In this document: positions 54,372 to 64,000 of the stretch, in pieces
Numbering within the stretch: position 1 is the first letter of the stretch
How the letters are laid out: each line of letters begins with the position of its first letter
From: Balanoglossus misakiensis
Taxonomy: Eukaryota > Animalia > Hemichordata
Reading direction: 5' to 3'
Length of the DNA: 64,000 nt
Assembly: GCA_040954595.2 (NCBI GenBank)
Contig: CM082589.2
Location: 4,354,213-4,418,212 of the forward strand
Position numbers and translations under genes: made by a program
The notes under the pieces: model-generated
The model's database searches: none
The model's input: the letters and a program-made list of their open reading frames with translations, nothing else
Told to the model about the DNA's origin: nothing

Positions 54372-56029
54372 CAAAACCATGTGGTGACCTCGATTCCGTG
54401 ACATCGCATTTTGAGTTCTATAGACATGCAGATCTTGAAAAAGTCAGAAAGTTGATTCAATGGCCAGGCCAAGTGTGTAGCATTTCTATATATCTAAAAC
54501 ACACTGGTCTGGAGCTAGGCTAAATAATTATATGCCCACGAAAGGTAGGTGCAGGCTTTGTAATTGAAACAAGTGGCTCAGTGGCTATACCTATAATCAG
54601 TGGACCCGCCCGTCTTCTTTCGACAAATCGTCCTGCCCGAACTCTTTCTAATCAACGATTCTATTTTTAATGTCATGATTTGCAAAACAATATGCCATAA
54701 TGTCCACAGCTGCAAAAGTATTCATATGTGTTCTCATTGATATGTGGATTCGTCAAACACGAACACGGACAATGTACTATACTTGCTGCAGTCGATCTCA
54801 AATGACAGAATGTGGAAAGTGTTGTTTATACTTTTCAAATATACACTGCATTTTTACTTGTTGAACCTGCGCTTGGACCAAATGCATGCTCACCAAATAC
54901 ACATGCAAATTCTGAGCTCTGGTTGTTGGCAAATAAAATCAAACATTCGTGATGACGAATTGGGAGCAGATTGAACCAATATCCACTTGGTTATTCAATT
55001 TACTATATCGATAAATAAAATGTTATATGTCAAGGTTAAGCCACTGAAATAACAGCGAATCACATGAACACCTATGAAAGTAGCATCTTTAATTATTTAG
55101 CATGACATGACAGGTTAATTACAGAATAATTATCAACTGCGAAACGCTACTCTTCTGATAATTATTTAGCAAATATACAGGACAGGTTAATTGTACAATA
55201 ACTGTGCTAATTAATGAAGATCACGGAAAACCTTGAACTGATGACAGTAAAGGCAAGAGTACAGATGAATTCTGAGATGAGAGTGGTTAAGCACATACAA
55301 GCATAGATCAATGAGCAACAGTGAAATCCATAGAGTATGCATTGTTAATGAACTGAGGTCAGGGAAACAACTTGAAATAGCGTGAGAAAAGGTACGTGTA
55401 TGGGTAACGATATTAGATCCGATAAATATGGGGGTGGAAATATAATACACAACTTATCCCGGTAGCAATAGGTTTTTCTGATCTATGTGAACGCATGACC
55501 ATATACCCACGGGATTGTACGTACTGGGAATTTCCTTTGTTACATTATAGGGCAATCCGATTACCAGGATAACTAAAATAAATTAATGACTTGGGTGGCT
55601 TTTTTCTCTGGCCCAGACCATAAATTCCACCCAGCAGCAATGTCGTTAACCTATTTTCGATAACATGATTCTGACCTGGCTGTTTGACACTTCAATCGCG
55701 CTCTTCTAGCTGTTCACACAGTCATAATTGTGAAGGTAGGGTGAATCTGTGATCTACATTGTGAAGCACTGCAGATGTCGATGACGATTACTCTAATTTA
55801 TTCATCCAAACAACCCGCCTATGACAGCCAGTCCGGCCGTCGAGAAAGTTTTTGGCCCCACCCACTGAAAAGTCAGCCAATCCGAAACGGGAACGGGGGC
55901 GCCCTGACAAGAGCCATGACCTCAGTGTCCGCGACTGCACCGTCGTACATAAATACATCTACGTGTTGGCATCGAAACTAATACTAGTTATCTCGCCGGG
56001 CGCTGCCTTACTATTCGCTTGCAGGTAAG

Positions 56030-59000
56030 ATGGAGGAAACGGAGCTTGGTGAGCGCGCGGGCAGAGACGCGCGACTGAAGCAGTTGTTTCTGAGAGTCGT
56101 GGAGAAGGGGGAAAAGAAAGGCGTGATGCTTGCTCTCGAGTCGTCCGACGTGTTTGACGTCAACTGTCAAGATAAGGACGGACGAAACGCGCTGACGATA
56201 GCCATGCAAAATGGCAACATAGGTAAGTGTGTTAATAGTTTCGAGAAGGCTCAATGTTAAATGCGCCAACGGCTTGTATATATATCTCGTCATCCTTTCA
56301 TTGGATGCAAGTGTAGATCCCAGAACACTTATTATCTGTATGCACGATTGTATTGCCCACAGCAAAAGCATTGCATGTTCTGTTACAGTAGTTTTTTCGT
56401 CTCCAGCTGCTCGACAGTGAAACATCTTTATCCAATGATCGACATGCTTTAAACTATAGAAAACGCCATTTATTTACATGTATATATGTTACAGATGCGA
56501 GATAAGTTATTAACTTCACCTGTCCGATTGAGTTGACTGTAATTTGCTTGAAGATTAATGTTTTGAGCGATTATCTTGTCCGAATTAAACGACATCCATC
56601 ACTTCATGGAAATAATTTGAACACATGAGAGGAATTACGTTAACGCTGTCTGATGTGAAATTAGTAGTAATAGTACGTCTATGCAGCATACAGTGGAATA
56701 ACTTGAATAAACACACTCAATTCTCCAAGGTACAAAACGTCGATTTTAACGGATTTGTACTGGTTACCCGCAACAGAAAGAATCAGGCTTAAAATCCCCC
56801 TCTTTACTTTTGAAATCTTCGGCGGTGAATACAGTGGTCCCTCTGTATGTGATAGCCCGCTAATTGTTATTCCATTTAACTAATATCACTTTTTAAACGT
56901 ATTATCTCAATCTTAGAGATTATGGAGCTTCTTGCGAGACATTGTGCAGTTGATCTTGGAGATATACTGCTGCGTGCCGTTCACAGTCAGAACATTCCCA
57001 TGATTGAAGTTCTGTGCGAAGCGTTAAAATTGAGAGCACTGTTGCCGGTAAGTTACCATGCACAAATTCACAGGTTTTCACAGTGTATGTGTATTGTGCG
57101 ATTTATATGCAGTGCTTCAGATGTTGTAAACTAGAATAAGTGCGAATTAAAATTTTAACTTTTGTGCCTTTATCTATAGATGGGTCATGCATGTGTCAAT
57201 TGTCCCGTTTCACATGAAAATTCTCCTGTGTAAACTGCTTAGTCACGTGAGATGTCGGAGAGTCTCGTAGAGTATGGAAACAGTTATTTGCAAACAGTCA
57301 GTTGGGTTAATTTGAACGCGATAGCTATCTTTACAAACTAACGCGACATCATTGTAAGACCGGAAGCGCTGGCGACCAGACATCCGTACCATCTACTATA
57401 CGAAAGCGACACTATAAATGCAGCATGTGAGAGCCATATTTAATTAATAAATTAATCTCTTTTTTGTGGGCCCAGTTGTTTTGCCGCTGGTAATTGTTTT
57501 TGTTGGATATGAACGTACATGCATTCTGTATTGTAGTGTGGGTCATTGGGTTATCCATTTAAAAACGACGAGCGAGTGTACAATTAAGGGTTAGTCATCA
57601 TAATTTGTTATTTATTGATTTCGGAAATAACTAAACGCTAGAACCGGACTCGTGTCTGGAACTAAGCTTGTTGTAATGGTAAACCATAAATAGAGACTTC
57701 GAGCGCTAAACCATACGTTATACATGTATGATTTCTGCATATTCAACTTTTCCCTGGTTACTCCAACTTTGGGCTTTTTCTGTCAGTTTTTAGGGGTTTG
57801 AGCATACGAACTATGGTTTCTTGATCTACTCTGTAAAACATAAACAATTGGTTTGTCTACACATCCCTTTTGTTATAGTCCTCAGTATTGTTATTGTTGA
57901 ATATTGAATTCAAGTCCGGACTTGAATTCATTTGTCAACAGTAACATAGACCATTACTCATATACACACATATACAGGCTTTGTTGAAAAGCTAATATGT
58001 TGTTAAAGACTTCACAGATATGCCTTAAGATAAAAACAGGCATATAGGTCGGGAAAAGTGTACTAATAGACTATAACCTTAATTTGTAAATTATGTTGTC
58101 TGCTTAGCATGTACTATGACATACTGCGTTATAAATAACTCCCTTAAAATTGCAGTTCAATGATCGAACGTAGCTCAAATTGACTTGGATGTGGCCTCGT
58201 GTAAGTGTTATTAGTATACGATAGGTCTAGCTGGGTAATTAGGATGACGAATAGTCTTACTCGGAAACCAAACCAAATGGCTCAAATTCAAACTTGTATT
58301 TGGGATAGACTCCCAACCAGCGAGAAAATATAACCTCTTCCATACCGGTTGGTTCTCCAAATCTCTCTCAAAGGAACACAGAACATGCTTGTATTATTTT
58401 CATTTAATCCGAAGTACAATCTATGCAAATTTGTCTCATTTGAATATCACTCATAAATTCCCCTAGAGCCACCCACCGGCTTATCCCATGAGAGGGTGGT
58501 GTTTCCCCGCGAGAATGAAGTACAAGTCTTCAAATAACCATTCTCACCCATTAAAAGCTGAAACAAACTGTCATGGTCGACAGTTATCAGACTCATAATG
58601 AAAACATTAATAACTTTTCGATGGTTCCTGCATTTTATATTTATCTTTTAATTGGGGGCAGGTCTCTCTGGATGCGCGTGCCGGGTACCCAATAAAATAT
58701 CTGTAGTCATCAAGATGGCAAAACATGAGTCATTAAGGAGGTCGAGTTGAGTGTAACTATATTCTCAAATGTCCAGTGCACTATCTGTAACTGCTGTAGA
58801 TGTTACATTTAAGTTATACAGGTACCTGAAAATAATGTAGAAAAAACGTGTTTGGCATCAAAATGAATCAAAACGTTGTTACAGTCGTCATTTGTATCTC
58901 AAGGCAATTGACGGGAATAGAAGTGCGGGTCATAAACGTGTGATATTGTTTCTGATACGTTGTAGATGTGATAACAGCAAGGCATTTTCGTTCTATGAGC

Positions 59001-62000
59001 GCATGGGCCAACCATACCTACGTTTCGCCCAAAATTCAGAGTAATTATTTGTAACAAACAGTCAGAATTGTTTTATTTGCTTATCTTAATTTTATTGTTC
59101 TATCAAAAACAAACAATCGCCCGTAATCGTCAATTCACCAAATTCAACAGAAACACATCCGATTTTCAGTGGCCAAGCCATGCTGCTAACTGTCATCAAA
59201 CTATAAATTACATCGCCTACCTGTAGCCTTCAACTTTAGGCATTACATTTGTAACATCCACTCACAGAATAATAAATATACTAGCCAAATTAGCAGCTTA
59301 TTTTTAGTTTCCATTAGTTTTTATGACCCACATTGCCACCATAAAGTTTTGAATATGAGGGATTGTTATTTTTAAAATTAATTTATCACAAACTGCATGT
59401 GTCGTGATGATTAATTTTTCATGACCCCGAGCCATACATTTAAAACATAATAATTAGCAGCAATAGTTTAAAAGCGGCATGTGCTCGTGTAGTCCACATA
59501 GTCTGAGAGATTTTGGTTCGAGAGATACTACCCCTAAATACATTTCATGTTGTGTTCATAAATGCATTACGTACATGACGATTACTAGGTTCACATACAC
59601 AACCAGTTTGGGATGCACATATACACGTATTTGTATAAGATCACTCTATCTCAAAGTGTACACTTGAGTAATCCAGCTGGTAACGAGGGCCACGGGGAGT
59701 ATTTTCTAACACAGATGCTAACTAAAAATACTTCAGAGCTGGGGCATCTATACATACCAGCAACCTTAAGCAATTGCTGGTCAAAGGTTACCATGCACCA
59801 TATAGAGTCTAAATGTATGTGTGTTGTTCGCCAGATCCCCTCTTTTCGTAGTGGATGTAACTAAAATTACATGGGGTGGGGATGGGTGGGGGTCGTCACG
59901 TGAAGAAGGTCCAACACCTTTATAGAGGCCAAAGCCTATGTACAGGCAGAGTGTTTTTCACTTGTAGAAACGTCAGTGAACCCCTGGGACATATAAATAG
60001 AATGTCGGCAACGCCTAATGACATACTCCATGTAGGGCGTCAAAAGCGTAACGAGATCAAAAGCGTGATCGTGACACCTTGTCCTCATGGATACAAAAGC
60101 GAGTAATGGACTTTACCCAAGAGTGCTTAGAATTCAAACATCCAACCCGTCGATAATGAGAAATAAATTGATGGAAACGCCAACGCTATGATAACATCAG
60201 CTTGTCAAACTCGGAAACATGTAAGGTTGAATGAACGCAGACTTTTCTTATCAATAGAGCGACAGTTTGAAAAGAAATAAAGATAATAGTAGAAATAAAT
60301 AAATCTCCGTAGGATATTTTTGATAGATGCCCAACCATGCATGCATTGAAATGCTTCTATGCAACCATGTGGGATATGCGTGTTTGGAATTTTCCCCACT
60401 TTAGTTTTGTTGAAAGAAACTTTTTAACACAGGCCGAGAACTTTCTGATGGCGGATGTTATGCAATCCACTGTTGTTTGTAACACGCCAGCTTCCAATTA
60501 CACTATTTGCATTGTGAAATCGATGTCCAGTAAAACAATATCCGGACAGCGCATTTTTTATCGATTATGCCTTGTCGACATTTGTCCCTGAGAGGAAATG
60601 AAATCTGTCTCATATAAATAAGGACATTCGATCTTATAAATTACATTGAAACTGTTTAGAAACACCATTTGATTGTTTTGGCAGCCATAAGGTCACCATT
60701 AATAATCCCATATTTCATGTTGCATAATTCTTTCTCAATCCATTCTGACATAAGCCATTCTTTCCCGTTATTAACTTGGTTTCATCATCTCGTCTACGGA
60801 ACAACGCACCTGCGTGCCCATTTCCGGACACGTGACCAAGCAGTCAGTAACGTTACAGTTCCGATATGAGGTGATTGTTAAGTCTACTGTACTTGCAAAT
60901 ATGTTTACGAACATTTGCAATGATGGGTATATTTCGTAAGCAATCCTGACTAAACATGCACACATATGGTTTGTTAATGAAATGAGCAAATTAATTTATG
61001 ATATAAACAAATCCCGCAAACGGAAATGATGCTTGGTTGACAGTACATAATAAGGTATATGTATGCCCGTGGTGTATCATAAACAGGGATCCGTTGCACG
61101 ATGATTTATTGATACAGACACCGCTTAATATCCGAAAGTCAAACAGCAACATGTATTAGTTATGTCAATAAATAGTCTCCCCAAGACGTGTCGTGCATGT
61201 CAATACATGTATATGTGCATCACAAGCTATGTGTTAATAGTGCCTCATTAACTTTTTTGCGCATTTAAACCTGGCAAGTTGAATGAACCGCGCATCGTTT
61301 AGTCGAAGTAAAAGAGCGTCGCTTGTTCCCTAGATGAGCTGTCATGTTGAAAATGGATGTGTGCTTTGAGAGTTATCTTGTCTTCGGACATAGAGCTATA
61401 GATGCCATCCTCATGAACAGTTAATCGCGCCCCTGCGAGGAAAGCATCGATAAGTATGCCGAAGCTCTTAGACTATAAATGAACTATATGTTATATTTGT
61501 ACAAAATGTGTATCTGCAAATATATATGTTTAAAGATACATATTTCTTTCACGGATTTGACATTGTCTGTTTTACTTTATCGGTCGTCTGTGATATGTTC
61601 GTTTTTTCTTTGCAACTGACCGGCATGCAAATTCATAATGTGACGTATGATTTATGGAATATGGGGTGATGCGACCGCTATCAATCATGCTTTATTTATA
61701 GTATTACCTTGAACCATGAGTGTTTAATTCAGGAAGTGTATTAATATGTGTTACATTTAAAATTGCACATTCATCATCTAAAACATATGGATCATACACA
61801 ATGATTTGCGTGAACAGCTTGCCTGATCTCATGTATTGTTACAACAGGCATCCTTGAAATTGGTAATGTCTCTTCGCGAAGGCCAATTTCCAGAAACACT
61901 GAAAATCCCTTAAAACTTACTCGCCATTAGAATGTTCGACTAACCAAACATTTGGTGCAAGTGCTTATTACTTTTAAGAAACTTCATCTCTTTTTTACGA

Positions 62001-64000
62001 TCTATTGCTTCCAGGATGGTTTAAATTGTCACTCAATCAACAATGACTTCCACGAGAACATCACGCCCACGATTCTTGCTTGCCACCAAAACAACTACGT
62101 CATCTTAAAGCTCCTGCTGAATTACGGCGCCAGTATCCAGACACCGAGCAATTCCAAAGCAGCCATGAACGGGGAACTGTCACTGCAACACTCGGTGGGG
62201 ACGATTAACATCTACCGGGCGATCACGAGCGAGGCGTACATCTCGCTCACCAGCGAAGACCCGCTCCTGCAGGCCTTCAAGTTGAGCGCCAAGATGTCGC
62301 AGCTGAGCTACCAGGATTTCGAGTTCCGTGCCGAGTACACCGCAATGGCCGACCGGTGCGAAACGTATGCAGCCGACTTGCTGGACTACGTCAGAAACAG
62401 CGAAGAGCAGAAGACCATCATGACGCACGGCTCCGGGTGCAAAACCCAATCCCCGAAACCTGCCAAGGTCAGCGACGCTTTGACGTACGACCAGAGGAAG
62501 GTAAACTGCAAAACATTGTATGAAAGTGCACCATTTTCGATTCTAACTTGCCAAAGGTGCCACTTTATAATTACATGTAAACCAGATATCTTTAAAACTT
62601 GCTGTTTTGTTTTGTGAAGTTGTTAAACCACCAACACATACCAGTACACACATAATGAAACTCTTTGAAACTAATACAAATGTATATCTTTATAAGTCAA
62701 AGACGTCTTTCACTATAAAACGGAAGTCACTTTTGCGCATGCGTAATCATATGCAAATCCCTCGTAACGGGCGCTATGTGGAGACATGCGTGATACCAAT
62801 CACTTTGACCCTTTTTTCCCCAGTTCGTAGCGCATTCTGTTTGTCAACAATATCTGACAGAAAAGTGGTACAGCGGCTTTGCAAGGTGGCGGTGGCAGAG
62901 TGACTTGGAGGTGTTCGTGCAGGCCTGCTTGATCGGCCTGTGTTACCCGTTTCTCGCGCTCTGCTACATCGCCAGCGAGAATCTTTACTTTGCCCGGATG
63001 CTGAAAACGCCCTACATCCGGTTCATCGGTCACGTGGCTTCACTGCTGGTCTTCTTGCTGTTGCTCACGCTCCACCTGTCCTATTCAACACCTGAACAAC
63101 TTGTGCGCACCACCGAGGACGGGGTCGTGAGAGCGACATTGGTTGTTACTCTTGTGCCAGAACCGGTGGAAATTCTCATCATTATATGGATTGTGGGTAA
63201 GCCTGCTTCTATGTGGATTACCACCACTGCCATAAATAAACAAGAAAATAAACATGCATGTTCACGTAGTAGACCGATTGATGTAAACTCAGAGATGTTA
63301 ATTCACCATTGGCAGAAACTCGGTGGACGAAAAAATATATGTCAAAAATGATCACCGTTTTTGTTTCTACTTTTGTTTCGAAATAGCGCTAACTTGGGCA
63401 CTTATTCACCAATTATGGTCGAAAGGAATGAAATGTTTCAGCTACAACAAACAAGCGAAGGCAACAGATATAGTAACATTGGTTCTTTTCTGGTCATGGA
63501 TGATTCTGAGAACGTATGCTGGAATTAAGGTACAGTGTCTAACTGTTCGTCCAATTGCGGACTTTATACTGTAACTGGTATCATATTTGAATACAATAGC
63601 CTCACTTCACAGGAACTCGACGGTCCATATTGGGGAGAGTTTGATGTCAGCGGATATTTTATAAATTAAAACCATGAGCAGTTTTTTTCTCTTTCTGAAA
63701 ATACATAATTTTCGACATGCACCGTTTAAGTTAAGTTTCATTTCTTTGCAGACATACGTCGATGGCGAAGGTGCACTGGGATCAAATCAGACCACGGTAG
63801 CAAACGATTCACTCATCTACGTTGACACCGGATACACCGGAAGTGACGACCTGCTGTGCGTCATACCGGAACAGAACGAGGACACGTTTGCAAATCTCGT
63901 CGACACCATGGGCCAGTTGTACGACTCCGACGAGGAATCCCAGTCGGCGCTGGAATGCATCCTGAAGGACGCGCTGTTTCAGCTGAACGAGAATGTAGAA
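56030..64000 (+). CDS. TRPC-like (short transient receptor potential) cation channel, 5' part, truncated by the window end; exons 56030-56222, 56917-57047, 62015-62500, 62824-63196, 63387-63529, 63752->64000
   Basis: Ankyrin repeats (FLRVVEKGE, DVNCQDKDGRNALTIAMQN, GDILLRAV, ITPTILACHQNNYVILKLLL), SLQHS...INIYRAITSEAYISLTSEDPLLQAFKLS, EFRAEY...YAADLLD, KFVAHSVCQQYLTEKWY, LKTPYIRFIGH, then TM segments S1-S3. Confidence 0.9.
57889..57946. repeat. Palindrome with a perfect 26-bp core and imperfect outer arms, in a TRPC intron
   Basis: TGAATTCAAGTCCGGACTTGAATTCA (57905-57930) is its own reverse complement; it is flanked by TGTTATTGTTGA and TCAACAGTAACA. Confidence 0.85.

Overview
This is gene-dense eukaryotic genomic DNA with GT-AG introns, from a metazoan. 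The gene repertoire suggests a marine invertebrate deuterostome such as an echinoderm, but that is inference. Hand-spliced gene models, in order: PPP1R42/LRRC67 (+); tRNA-Val(TAC) (-); a cytosolic sulfotransferase-like gene whose catalytic His is replaced by Cys (+); an intronless melatonin-receptor-like class A GPCR (-); an SLC16/MCT transporter (+); EIF3I (-, with a U12-type minor intron) head-to-head with TMEM234 (+); a DED-NACHT-LRR NLR immune receptor (-); a tandem array of three paralogous genes for an unrecognised ~180-aa secreted 8-cysteine protein (-); a 409-aa low-complexity ORF with an extended PP1-docking motif (-); a second SLC16/MCT (+); and the 5' part of a divergent TRPC-like channel (+, runs off the window). 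Several MITE-like inverted repeats and microsatellites are also present. The most novel-looking element is the triplicated secreted protein family next to the NLR, whose residue pattern can be threaded by eye onto the FABP/calycin 10-stranded barrel. All exon coordinates were read manually and need RNA-seq confirmation.
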